DNA from: an uncultured Caldithrix sp.
Lineage (GTDB): Bacteria; Calditrichota; Calditrichia; RBG-13-44-9
Length of the DNA stretch: 64,000 nucleotides
Direction of reading: 5' to 3'
NCBI GenBank assembly: GCA_964461135.1
Contig: CAYWTB010000004.1
Location: 53,385-117,384, forward strand
Shown: positions 35,715-45,323 of the stretch, piece after piece
How the letters are laid out: each line of letters begins with the position of its first letter
How positions within the stretch are numbered: position 1 is the stretch's first letter
Notes under the pieces: generated by a model
Database searches by the model: none
What the model saw: only the letters and a program-made list of their open reading frames with translations
Told to the model about the DNA's origin: nothing
Position numbers and translations under genes: made by a program

Positions 35715-37073
35715 TCAGGTTTCGATTAATTCTTTTCTGTATATTTTCTCGATGAAATTAGTATCAAAATTACCAGATTTAAATTCCTCTGTTTCAATAA
35801 CATATTTATGAAATGGAATGGTGGTTTTTATACCTTCCACTACGAATTCATCAAGCGCCCGCCGCATCCGGTTGATGGCTTCTTCCCGGTCTTTTCCCCA
35901 GACGATCAATTTGGCAATAAGTGAATCGTAAAAGGGAGGAATTTTATAAGATCCGTAGATGTGTGTATCCACTCGTGTTCCGGGTCCTCCCGGCTGATAC
36001 ACCGAGGTAACCTCACCCGGAGAAGGAATAAAATTATTGGCTGGGTCTTCCGCGTTGATCCGGCACTCAATGGAATGACCCAGTGGTTTTAGCTGGTTTT
36101 GTTTCAATTCCAGAGTGCGACCTGTAGCAACCATAATCTGTTCTTTTATCAGATCCACATGGTATACCATCTCAGTAACGGGATGTTCAACCTGAATCCG
36201 CGTATTCATCTCCATGAAATAGAAATTTAAATCCACATCTACCAGAAATTCAATAGTACCGGCGCTGTAATATCCCACATGGAGTGCTCCCTTTACGGCC
36301 GATTCCCCCATAGCTTTTCTGATTTTTTCTGTAACGATGGGAGACGGGCATTCTTCAATGAGTTTCTGGTGCCTTCTCTGAATTGAACATTCCCGCTCAC
36401 CCAGGTACACCATATTCCCCTGCTGATCACCCAGAAGCTGTATCTCGATGTGCCGGGGACCTTCGATATATTTTTCCAGGTAGAGATCGGGATTACCAAA
36501 GGCTGCTTCCGCCTCGGCGCGGGCCATCATAAAGCTGTTTTCCAGATTTTTAGCTTCCTTGACAATTCGCATGCCCTTACCACCGCCGCCGGCCACAGCT
36601 TTCAGCATTACTGGATATCCCACCTCATCAGCCAGCTGAACGGCTTCGCTTTCTTTTTTTATCACGCCTTCACTGCCGGGAACAACCGGTACTCCCGCTT
36701 CAGTCATGTATTTTTTTGCTTCGGCTTTATCACCCATACGGCGAATATTTTCCGGAGAAGGTCCAATGAAGGATATCTCACAGGAATTGCACATTTCGGC
36801 AAACTCGGAATTTTCCGCCAGGAATCCGTATCCCGGGTGGACAGCATCAGCACCGGTGATTTCTGCAGCAGAAATTATACGAGTAGCATTCAGGTAACTC
36901 TGTGAACTGGAAGCCGGGCCTATACACACCGCTTCATCAGCAAATACTGTATGAAGGGCATTTTCATCCTGGGTTGAATAAACCGCCACGGTCTGGATTC
37001 CCAGTTCCTTGCAGGCCCGGATTATCCGGATTGCGATCTCACCCCGGTTTGCAATCAGAATTTTTTTAAACAA
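35715..37073 (-). CDS. accC: Acetyl-CoA carboxylase biotin carboxylase subunit.
   Basis: 452 aa. Begins [21 protein letters not shown]. The ATP-grasp region contains [10 protein letters not shown], and [14 protein letters not shown] is also present. Confidence 0.95.
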   Translation of the reverse strand: MFKKILIANRGEIAIRIIRACKELGIQTVAVYSTQDENALHTVFADEAVCIGPASSSQSYLNATRIISAAEITGADAVHPGYGFLAENSEFAEMCNSCEISFIGPSPENIRRMGDKAEAKKYMTEAGVPVVPGSEGVIKKESEAVQLADEVGYPVMLKAVAGGGGKGMRIVKEAKNLENSFMMARAEAEAAFGNPDLYLEKYIEGPRHIEIQLLGDQQGNMVYLGERECSIQRRHQKLIEECPSPIVTEKIRKAMGESAVKGALHVGYYSAGTIEFLVDVDLNFYFMEMNTRIQVEHPVTEMVYHVDLIKEQIMVATGRTLELKQNQLKPLGHSIECRINAEDPANNFIPSPGEVTSVYQPGGPGTRVDTHIYGSYKIPPFYDSLIAKLIVWGKDREEAINRMRRALDEFVVEGIKTTIPFHKYVIETEEFKSGNFDTNFIEKIYRKELIET

Positions 37074-37085
37074 GAACGTTTTTCC

Positions 37086-37568
37086 TCAATCTTTTTCAAT
37101 CAAAAATAAGACCTGATCATATTCCACGGGTTGCGCATTTTCCACCAATATTTTTTTCACTGTTCCACCAAGTTCAGACTGAATTTCATTCATTAATTTC
37201 ATCGCTTCAATAATACATAGTGTTTGACCCACTTTTACGTGATCTCCCACCTCTACATAGGGATCGGCATCAGGTGCCGGAGCTCGGTAAAACGTTCCCA
37301 CCATTGGAGAGGATACTTTATCAAGATTTTCGGCGGCTTCTTCCCCAGCAGGTACCGGAGAACCCGGAACGACACCTTCATTGACGGGGAGCGTTTCCAT
37401 GGTAACCTGGGGGGGATTCGAAGCTTCACTGTAAGTGACAACTGAAGGCTGTTTCATACTGCTGTTCTTGGAAATACGGATTCGGCTTCCTTCCTCCACA
37501 ATTTCAATTTCACCAATATCACTCTGTTCCACAACCTTGATAAGTTGCTTTATTTCACTAAATTTCAT
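37086..37568 (-). CDS. accB: Biotin carboxyl carrier protein.
   Basis: The C-terminal biotinyl domain with EAMKLMNEI carries the biotinyl-Lys. A Pro/Ala-rich linker precedes it. Confidence 0.9.
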   Translation of the reverse strand: MKFSEIKQLIKVVEQSDIGEIEIVEEGSRIRISKNSSMKQPSVVTYSEASNPPQVTMETLPVNEGVVPGSPVPAGEEAAENLDKVSSPMVGTFYRAPAPDADPYVEVGDHVKVGQTLCIIEAMKLMNEIQSELGGTVKKILVENAQPVEYDQVLFLIEKD

Positions 37569-37632
37569 CCATCCTCCAGTGATTTTATCATTAGTTTACC
37601 AATTTAAATGGTTGCTAATTTTTTTGCAAGAT

Positions 37633-38232
37633 TTATTTTCCAGTCTGCCGGTAGAGATCCTGTTCCTCAATATAAGCCGACACATCATCAGGAACCAGAT
37701 ATTTAATTGAACGCCCTTCCCTTACCCGCCGGCGAATGATGGTGGAGGAAATCTCAAGCAGGGGGACATTGACAAAACGGATATGAGGGATGAATTCCTT
37801 AACGGAATCTGCAGGTTTGAAGCCGGGGCGCCCGAATGCTACTAACTGACAAATTTTAAGAATTTCCAGAGGTTCTTTCCAGCGCGGTAATTCATTGACA
37901 TTATCCATCCCGATAAAATAATAAAACCAGGGTGAAATATTCCGGTAGGTCTGTTCCAGAAGATGCAGGGTATCGACGGTATAGGAAACACCTTCACGGG
38001 AAAGTTCGATTTTACAGGTTTTGAAATAAGGATTATCCGCTACCGCCAGTTCCAGCATCTTCAGGCGTTCCCCGGCTTTTGATATCCCCACATTGTCTTT
38101 CAGGGGGTGAATTCCAACCGGAATAAACCAGATTTCATCCAGCTTCAGATCATCACGCAGAAATTCGGAAATGATCAGGTGTCCATTGTGAATGGGATCG
38201 AAAGTTCCTCCAAGAAGGCCGATTTTTTTCAT
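37633..38232 (-). CDS. nadD: Nicotinate-nucleotide adenylyltransferase.
   Basis: MKKIGLLGGTFDPIHNGHL is the (H/T)xGH nucleotidyltransferase motif. The ORF track extends the frame upstream to 38376, overlapping the BamD-like gene; the internal Met at 38232 is the more plausible start. Confidence 0.8.
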   Translation of the reverse strand: MKKIGLLGGTFDPIHNGHLIISEFLRDDLKLDEIWFIPVGIHPLKDNVGISKAGERLKMLELAVADNPYFKTCKIELSREGVSYTVDTLHLLEQTYRNISPWFYYFIGMDNVNELPRWKEPLEILKICQLVAFGRPGFKPADSVKEFIPHIRFVNVPLLEISSTIIRRRVREGRSIKYLVPDDVSAYIEEQDLYRQTGK

Positions 38233-38260
38233 GGCGTCACTTTTATAAGAGGTACTGCCG

Positions 38261-39031
38261 CTAATTATTGGCAAGTCTTCTCTGAATCTCACTAATTCTT
38301 GAGGTGGCTTCACGCGTAAAATTGCTCTTGGGATACTTCTCCACAAATACGGTGAAGGTAGTAAGCGCCTCATCATACAATTTTAGTTTGTACTGACAAT
38401 CCGCCTTCCAGTATAAAGCTTTTTCGGCGGCAGACGTGTCATAATATTTTTCCAGAAGGATGTTATAATAGATGATTGCCGAATCATAAATTCCCATCTT
38501 CCGGTAGACATTACCACCCAGCAGCTGCTTTCTGGCCAACTTTGAACGTAATCCAAACAGTTGTTTTTCAGCACGCTCCCGGTAACTGCTTTCCGGATAA
38601 GCTTCAATGAAATTCTGAAATTGTCGCAATGCTTTCAGCGTATATTCCTGATCCAGTTCCGGTCTCTGGGACAGATTATAAAAGCTCATACCCACTTTAT
38701 AAAAAGCCTCCTGAACATAGGGGCTTTCAGGATAATCGTTTATCAGTTTCTGATATTCCGCCACGGCAATAAGATATTCCTCATTCATATAATGGGATTC
38801 AGCCAGATAAAACTGGGCATCATCCACCACCGGGTTACCGCTGAATTTCAAGGTTATGACTGTGAATTCGGTGATGGCGTCCAGATATTTACCTTTATCA
38901 AATTGCTTCTTTGCATATTCAAAATATCTCTGGGCATCGAAAGTATCTTTGTGCACTTTTTTCCCGCAGGATGAAAGACTGATGACAATAAAAACGATTA
39001 TCAGCGGGAAATAAATCACCTTTTTTAGCAT
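38261..39031 (-). CDS. bamD: Outer-membrane lipoprotein with TPR repeats, BamD/ComL-like.
   Basis: Lipoprotein signal with lipobox (…ISLSSCGKK). TPR-like helices are present, for example YEYAKKQFDKGKYLDAI. Confidence 0.7.
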   Translation of the reverse strand: MLKKVIYFPLIIVFIVISLSSCGKKVHKDTFDAQRYFEYAKKQFDKGKYLDAITEFTVITLKFSGNPVVDDAQFYLAESHYMNEEYLIAVAEYQKLINDYPESPYVQEAFYKVGMSFYNLSQRPELDQEYTLKALRQFQNFIEAYPESSYRERAEKQLFGLRSKLARKQLLGGNVYRKMGIYDSAIIYYNILLEKYYDTSAAEKALYWKADCQYKLKLYDEALTTFTVFVEKYPKSNFTREATSRISEIQRRLANN

Positions 39032-39663
39032 TATGAACCACTCCTTAATGAAAAAAATAAGTATACAACCCCAATAGTAGCAACAGTTACCAATGCGGGT
39101 TCAATAAATTTCTGAGAAAAACGAGAGCCTGTTTTTTCTCCCTGGCTAAACTCATAAAAATCATTTTCAACTTTGTTCGTTTCAGATCTGTTTAAAGTAT
39201 CCGAATGACTTATAGTTCTACTGTAAGAATAACTAATAGATTCATGCGGATTAATTACATAAAATGTGAAAAGTGTATTGATATTACGCTGGTAGTGACC
39301 GTACCGGAATAACAGGTCCCGGTCAAGCCCTCGATAAGTGATTTTCGCATCAATTTTATCGATGATCAGCCTGTAGTGAGTCTTTGAAGTACTGTCTGTG
39401 AATTCTGTTTTCAGGCTGACATTTAGGTTCAGTAATTCCCCCCGCAATTTTCCTTCCAGCCATTGGCTGACATCATTATTATCTTCAGAAATTAAATAAA
39501 ACGGCCCTGTTCCGGAATACAGTGAATCGACCGCAGAAATGACAGGCTTTACCAACAGATCCGTAAGTATCTCCAGATTAGTTTCCGTTTGAGCGTTAGC
39601 TGTTTGAAAAATAGCCCAAAGACTAAAAAATATTCCGAAAATTATGTTTTTATTGAACTTCAT
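39031..39663 (-). CDS. Hypothetical secreted or membrane-anchored protein.
   Basis: An internal Met gives the signal peptide MKFNKNIIFGIFFSLWAIFQTANAQ. There is a C-terminal hydrophobic anchor. No recognizable motif. Confidence 0.4.
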   Translation of the reverse strand: MKFNKNIIFGIFFSLWAIFQTANAQTETNLEILTDLLVKPVISAVDSLYSGTGPFYLISEDNNDVSQWLEGKLRGELLNLNVSLKTEFTDSTSKTHYRLIIDKIDAKITYRGLDRDLLFRYGHYQRNINTLFTFYVINPHESISYSYSRTISHSDTLNRSETNKVENDFYEFSQGEKTGSRFSQKFIEPALVTVATIGVVYLFFSLRSGS

Positions 39664-39688
39664 ATACTTTAATATTTTATATAGACAG

Positions 39689-41251
39689 TTAAAATCGAAA
39701 AAAAATCTTCCCAAGTAAAATGAAAAAAATAAATAATCCCGATAGAATAAGCATTAATTTACCAAACCATTCACCACTTTGGCTGTAATATGTGGCTTCG
39801 AGTTTCAGCGGTACCTGTGCGAGAAGATCCTTGCGGGTATTCAGGCCTGCTTTTTTTAAGACCCTGCCAGTCGGGTCAATGAAACAGGAAATACCGGTAT
39901 TGGCACATCTGATGATACTTACCCGGTTTTCGATGGCACGATACACCGCATAGCGGGCATGCTGGTAAGGGCCGCTGGTGGTTCCAAACCAGCCATCGTT
40001 AGTAATTATAGTCAGGAGATTTGCTCCATTGCTAATAAAATTCCTGATCATGTGGGGGAATACGGATTCATAACAAATGGCTGCAGAAAGGGCGGTCATG
40101 ACGCTGTCTGACGATTCGAACTCATTTTCCTGGTACAGTTTGTCACGGAAATTACCCCGGCGAACAGCAATTTTAAAGTCAAAAACAGCATATTTATGTC
40201 CCGGAAAAAAATCTCCGCCGCCGACATCCCAATCGCGCAAAAAAGGAAAATATTTTTTAAAAGGCATGGTTTCCGAACCGGGGACCAACGCTATTTTATA
40301 ATAGCTCTGATATGAGGGATCTCCTGGCCGGAAAAAGAAGGCGGCATTATAGGTATACACATCACTTTTATCCGGAGAATACTGGTAGTCCGGCGTTCCG
40401 GTTAATAAATACACATCATTGGAATCCGTAAAAGCGGCAATCCGGTTAATTTCATTAATATGTGTTCTTAAATAAAATGGTGTGGCTGTTTCAGGCCATA
40501 CTACCAGTTCAGGTTTTTCATTCATCATTTGGCGTGAAGCATCCATGAGCATGTTAAAGGCGTTCTGCTGGAACTCGGGATCCCATTTTTCATAAGGATC
40601 AACATTGGGTTGAACAAGTCCTGCTTTGATAAGGTAATGATCTGTAATATCAATCTGATGCATACGATATTTGCCATAGAGAAAGGCACACAGTATTAAA
40701 ATCAGTGAACCCAGCGGAACAAGCCAGCGTTCCCGGTGTGCATAACGGAATACCACATATATGGATACCGCCATTACAACCAATATAAAAGACACCCCCA
40801 GATAACCGGTCCACTCGATAAATTGAACAAAGGGGAGATAATAGGTCTGGGTATAGGCCAGTGTTAACCAGTTAAAACGAATATCGGTAAATAACCGCAG
40901 AAATTCCAAGCCTGTCCATAAAAAGGGCAGACTGAACAGGGCCAGAACTTCCGATCTGCGGCGGAATATTGTATATAACCACCACAGAAAGGCATAATGC
41001 AGGGAATTAATGGTAATAGCCAGCAAGGCACCCACCAGCGTACTGGAAGCAATCCAGAACAGCGTCATGGCGCCCCAAATCAGACCCAGCCAATACCCAA
41101 GGCGAAAGGCATCCCGGCCCGATTTATCTTTCAAAAACCATAGGAACAGAGCCAGAGCAAGCGGTGCCAGGAAACCCAGCGGGAATGGCGGAAAACTCAA
41201 GGTCAGTAATATTGAGCTCAAAAAAACATATTTTAAGTCACGGCTATCCAT
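39689..41251 (-). CDS. lnt: Apolipoprotein N-acyltransferase.
   Basis: 520 aa. An N-terminal multi-TM region is followed by a CN-hydrolase domain with E...K...C residues (...ICYESVFP). Confidence 0.9.
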   Translation of the reverse strand: MDSRDLKYVFLSSILLTLSFPPFPLGFLAPLALALFLWFLKDKSGRDAFRLGYWLGLIWGAMTLFWIASSTLVGALLAITINSLHYAFLWWLYTIFRRRSEVLALFSLPFLWTGLEFLRLFTDIRFNWLTLAYTQTYYLPFVQFIEWTGYLGVSFILVVMAVSIYVVFRYAHRERWLVPLGSLILILCAFLYGKYRMHQIDITDHYLIKAGLVQPNVDPYEKWDPEFQQNAFNMLMDASRQMMNEKPELVVWPETATPFYLRTHINEINRIAAFTDSNDVYLLTGTPDYQYSPDKSDVYTYNAAFFFRPGDPSYQSYYKIALVPGSETMPFKKYFPFLRDWDVGGGDFFPGHKYAVFDFKIAVRRGNFRDKLYQENEFESSDSVMTALSAAICYESVFPHMIRNFISNGANLLTIITNDGWFGTTSGPYQHARYAVYRAIENRVSIIRCANTGISCFIDPTGRVLKKAGLNTRKDLLAQVPLKLEATYYSQSGEWFGKLMLILSGLFIFFILLGKIFFRF

Positions 41252-41305
41252 TTAAATTCAATTTACTTTCTGACATATGTTTCTGAACTGGGGTCATGAG
41301 GTATT

Positions 41306-42340
41306 TTACAGACGTATTTCATGCTGTTCCTTCATTGACTCATAAACCCCGTCGATGATACTGAAAATTGTGACGGCATCATCAATTCCGGATTCAAGCT
41401 GGTCAGTGCGACCGGTCAGATAATCAAGAAAATGATTCACTTCATTCTGGTAGGCGAGTTTAAAGTTACCGATTTTACTTTCCTTGAGTTCCGGTGTAAT
41501 ATTCATCATCTGTCCGTGCATTATCTTCTGGAGGCGCAAGGGATCCAGGGTGGCCGTGCCTTCCCGCCCGGCAATTTCCAGATACAAATGGTCACTGGCC
41601 AGCGGGAAATTCCAGCTGATTTCCAGCGAAAAAGTAAGGCTATCTGCAAAAGTAATACAAACCACACAAAAATCTTCCAGTGAGAGATTTTCGTTGATCC
41701 GGTAGGCAAAAGACTTGACTGACTGCGGGGCCGGTTTTCCCAGGAGCCACCATACCAGGTCAATCAACTGGACGCCCAGATCCAGAACCACACCGCCACC
41801 TGATACCGGTTTATTTAACAGCCACGGTTGCTTGATTGACTGATGATAGGCCTGTAGCCAGCCTGCCTTGATGAAAAACAATTTCCCCAGTTCCTCAGCA
41901 TGTATAAATTTTCGAAGTGCCAGTATATCCGGACGGAACCTGTTTTGCATACCCACCATCACAATTTTACTTGCCATCACCGCACGGTCCTTTATTCGCC
42001 GGACTTCCGCGCCATTCCTACCTGCCGGTTTCTCGATAAACAGGTGCAGACCGTGTTCCAGCGCCAGCAGAGCCATGGGCAGATGTAAATTATTAGGTGT
42101 GAGAATGAATAAGGCATCCAGATCTTCTTTCATCAACATATCTGCAATATCTTCATAAACATGGGGCACATTGAATTTATCCGCCAGAACCGCCACTTTC
42201 GAGGTATCCGAATCACATAATGCCTGCACATTAACATCAGGGTGTTTTTGCAAGGCCGGGATATGTATAACCTGGGCGATTCCTCCACAACCCACTACAC
42301 CCGTTTTTACCGGAAGACCCGTTTTTTTACCATTATTCAT
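41306..42340 (-). CDS. Gfo/Idh/MocA family NAD(P)-dependent oxidoreductase.
   Basis: N-terminal Rossmann GVVGCGGIAQVIHIPAL. The ...EKP motif is present (LFIEKPAG). Confidence 0.85.
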   Translation of the reverse strand: MNNGKKTGLPVKTGVVGCGGIAQVIHIPALQKHPDVNVQALCDSDTSKVAVLADKFNVPHVYEDIADMLMKEDLDALFILTPNNLHLPMALLALEHGLHLFIEKPAGRNGAEVRRIKDRAVMASKIVMVGMQNRFRPDILALRKFIHAEELGKLFFIKAGWLQAYHQSIKQPWLLNKPVSGGGVVLDLGVQLIDLVWWLLGKPAPQSVKSFAYRINENLSLEDFCVVCITFADSLTFSLEISWNFPLASDHLYLEIAGREGTATLDPLRLQKIMHGQMMNITPELKESKIGNFKLAYQNEVNHFLDYLTGRTDQLESGIDDAVTIFSIIDGVYESMKEQHEIRL

Positions 42341-42764
42341 GTTTTATCCTGGATTTTTCAAGGTCTAAATATGTCTGTAAAATAAATTGTGCCGCCAGTT
42401 GATCTATTTTATCCCGGTTTCTGCTGGGTTTTTTCCCCAGCTGGTGCAGGGTAAGCTCCGCCTGCAGGGTTGTCATTCTCTCATCAAAAAGTGAAACCGG
42501 GATTTTGATTTTATCTTCCAACATTTTTGCAAATTCGCGTACTTCCAGCGTTTTACGCGAATCGCTTCCCTTCATGCTCAGCGGAAGCCCGCAAATTATT
42601 TTTGTGACCGCATACTGCCCGACCAACGACCTCAATTCCTGCATCAACTGCTGCTGCGAGGAGTAGACAATGGTTCTGAGGGGCTGAGCGATAGTCAGAG
42701 ACGGATCACTGATTGCCAACCCAACTCTTTTCTCTCCGTAATCAATTCCTAAATATCTGGTCAT
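42333..42764 (-). CDS. ruvX: Holliday junction resolvase-like RNase RuvX/YqgF.
   Basis: The N-terminal MTRYLGIDYGEKRVGLAISD is a hallmark of the YqgF family. Confidence 0.9.
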   Translation of the reverse strand: MTRYLGIDYGEKRVGLAISDPSLTIAQPLRTIVYSSQQQLMQELRSLVGQYAVTKIICGLPLSMKGSDSRKTLEVREFAKMLEDKIKIPVSLFDERMTTLQAELTLHQLGKKPSRNRDKIDQLAAQFILQTYLDLEKSRIKHE

Positions 42765-42765
42765 A

Positions 42766-42800
42766 GATAAAAAAACCGCTCATTTAATAAAGAGCGGTAA
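42766..42800 (-). terminator. Rho-independent terminator after the HU gene.
   Basis: aaaaaaCCGCTCatttaataaaGAGCGGtaattaaaaaaaa: a 6-bp GC stem. The minus-strand RNA has UUUUUUUA after the stem. Confidence 0.55.
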
Positions 42801-42850
42801 TTAAAAAAAATAAATAATTTATGTCAATTGAATTATATTTCTGATGTCGA

Positions 42851-43165
42851 TTATTTATTCTTTATGGGTTGTTTCAAGATATCTTTCAATAATTTGCCAG
42901 GTTTAAAATGAGTCTTACGCCGGGCGGGAACATAGATGATTTCACCTGTTCTTGGATTTCGGGCCTTTGGCTTAGGTTTAGTTTCCTTGATTTCGAAAAC
43001 ACCAAAATCTCTGATTTCTATCCTGACTTCAGGATTTGCTTCGCTTAAAATTTCCCGTAGCGCCTCGAAGACAGCATTCACGAAATCTTCCGTGATATAT
43101 ATTTTCTGTCCCAGTTTTTTGGCAACCCGTTTAGAAACCTCTTTCTTGGTAACGGTTTTCATCAT
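42851..43165 (-). CDS. hup: HU/IHF family nucleoid-associated DNA-binding protein.
   Basis: 104 aa. The arm motif RNPRTGEIIYVPARRKTHFKPGK is present. Confidence 0.9.
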   Translation of the reverse strand: MMKTVTKKEVSKRVAKKLGQKIYITEDFVNAVFEALREILSEANPEVRIEIRDFGVFEIKETKPKPKARNPRTGEIIYVPARRKTHFKPGKLLKDILKQPIKNK

Positions 43166-43268
43166 ACTTTCCCTTTATTAACTAATAATTTCAATAACTT
43201 GTTATTTTTGTAAAATTTAATCGCATAAAATGTGTTTTGCAAGAAAAAAAATGTTAAATACAGGATTA

Positions 43269-45323
43269 TTAATTATTAAGAGTCTCTATTACGGTAATAT
43301 CAGATTTTTTACTGATCTCCTGTCCTGCCCTGGTGTCCCTCACGGTTATTTCAAAAAAATAATCACCGGCCTGCAGATTGTTCAGCTGAATTGACTGAAC
43401 CACGTATTCCGATTGCCGTTTTCCGGAATATTCATTAACAATACTCATTCTCTCATCATCTTTCCCGAAAATGGCTCTGAAGATTCCACCCTTGTTCTTT
43501 TTACGGAGTGTACTTTCCACAGTAAAATTAACCTGACCGTTGGCATCCGGCAGTAAATTATAAATCTCGAAATACACCAGCAGAGTATCTTTCTGGTCAA
43601 ATGTCTGGATTATATTGGGCAGGATGGCCAGACCGTTGCGGTAAAAAGAGGAACTGTCAGCGCCGGGTACTATCTCATCGGCCAGGAGCAGATCGGAAAT
43701 CAACAGGGTATCCGCGGAGAAGTCAGGAATTTCCAGTTCCCGGCGGTCAACGAAATTCTTTTCCAGCGTATTATTCACGATTTCAAACGAATAAGGAAAA
43801 TGACCATTTGCATGGTCAAATACAAGAGCATTAATCCTGTGATGACGTTTCATCTGCCGGCTGCTTTTGGCAAAATTCAGATGAAAATTCTCTTCATATC
43901 GGGCTACCGGTGTTTTTTGATCACCCAGCAGAAAAAGGCCTGCCCGGAAATCCTGCTCCGGATGATATAATTGATCCTCAGGCATCAGTCCGAACGCCAG
44001 GAAACCCTCGGTATTTTTCCGTCCTTTGAAAAATTTAATCTGATACGGTGCCCTGAAAAGACCCCCCGGCAGACTAAAATCGAATTTTTCCGGAATGGTG
44101 TTGAATACATTTTCTGCAACCAGTGAGTAGTTGACATTGGTTCTTTCCTTGAAAACAGATTTCTGGCTCAATCCCGGCTGGGTAAACTGAAACAGCCCGT
44201 TCCAGAATTCGTCTGAAAAGGCCAATTGGAAAGTCGGATAGATCCAGTATTGCATGGGAGGGTAAATGGCAGTGATCTCCATGGATTTCCCATATTCAAT
44301 AATATAAAGAGGTTTGCCATAACGGATATAGGTTTTACCCCGGTCGGTTTTAGATCCTTCAATGCCAAGTTTGGGGGCACCAAAACGCAAATTGGCATAG
44401 GCAAAGCGGCCAAAATGCTCCAGCAGTCTTTCATTGTCCGCTGTAATGAACAGGGGATCTCGCTGGTCCCAGAAATCCGCAACTAGCGAATCTGACAGGT
44501 TTTTCTTCGGCCGTTTCAGTAAGTATTCAGGGTTGAGAAATTCATCTTTTTCCTCTTCCGTTAACTGATCAAAAGCACGTGAAAAAAAACTGGAGGCATT
44601 CTCGTAATCGTGCTGAGCCAGATATGCCAGTCCCAGAAAGAGATTCAGGTCTTTATCCCGGGGATAGAATTCACTCATTTCCGTGAATAGCTGAATCATT
44701 AATGTAAATTCTTCCATTTCATAATACAGACTTCCCAGCAGATAGGCTACCTGGCGGTTATCCGGTTCAAGACGCAATGCTTTCCGCAGATAACTGATGG
44801 CATAATCATAATCCTCCAGGGCATAATCCCGAAAAGAGAGAGCGATATGAGTATCCGTAAACCGGTTATAATATTTGAGCATCTGCTGAAAATGAAATTC
44901 GCCTAGCTGAATGAGGGCGGCCACCATTTGATCGTCCTTTTCAACGGCTTTTTCAAAATATTTACGGGCATGGTCAAAATTGTTCTGCTTTTTGTACAGG
45001 ATACCGAGGGCAAAATCGGAAAAAGGATCGTTGTTCAGATAATGAACGTTCTTTTTGATGAGATCCCCGGCTCTCAGCCGCATATCAAGATTGTTTTCTT
45101 CCAGAAAAAAAAGTCCTTCCAGAATTCTGACGGTCGGATCTTCTGCATTTCCGTTCAGAATCAGCTTCATTTTATCTGAAAAATCAGAATAATCTCCGCA
45201 CAGATAATCTTTTTTCGCCGATTCTACCAGTGTTTTCTGAGGGAATGCATTGATAGGATTGAATAAGGGCGCAACGCAGATGATAATAAAAACAAGTAGT
45301 AATTTTATGCTGCGATTTTTCAT
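43269..45323 (-). CDS. Secreted TPR-repeat protein with a large C-terminal domain of unknown function.
   Basis: Signal peptide MKNRSIKLLLVFIIICVAPLFNPINAFPQ. Several TPR-like helix pairs are present (…ALGILYKKQNNFDHARKYFEKAVE…). There is a 4-bp overlap with the mutS start. Confidence 0.6.
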   Translation of the reverse strand: MKNRSIKLLLVFIIICVAPLFNPINAFPQKTLVESAKKDYLCGDYSDFSDKMKLILNGNAEDPTVRILEGLFFLEENNLDMRLRAGDLIKKNVHYLNNDPFSDFALGILYKKQNNFDHARKYFEKAVEKDDQMVAALIQLGEFHFQQMLKYYNRFTDTHIALSFRDYALEDYDYAISYLRKALRLEPDNRQVAYLLGSLYYEMEEFTLMIQLFTEMSEFYPRDKDLNLFLGLAYLAQHDYENASSFFSRAFDQLTEEEKDEFLNPEYLLKRPKKNLSDSLVADFWDQRDPLFITADNERLLEHFGRFAYANLRFGAPKLGIEGSKTDRGKTYIRYGKPLYIIEYGKSMEITAIYPPMQYWIYPTFQLAFSDEFWNGLFQFTQPGLSQKSVFKERTNVNYSLVAENVFNTIPEKFDFSLPGGLFRAPYQIKFFKGRKNTEGFLAFGLMPEDQLYHPEQDFRAGLFLLGDQKTPVARYEENFHLNFAKSSRQMKRHHRINALVFDHANGHFPYSFEIVNNTLEKNFVDRRELEIPDFSADTLLISDLLLADEIVPGADSSSFYRNGLAILPNIIQTFDQKDTLLVYFEIYNLLPDANGQVNFTVESTLRKKNKGGIFRAIFGKDDERMSIVNEYSGKRQSEYVVQSIQLNNLQAGDYFFEITVRDTRAGQEISKKSDITVIETLNN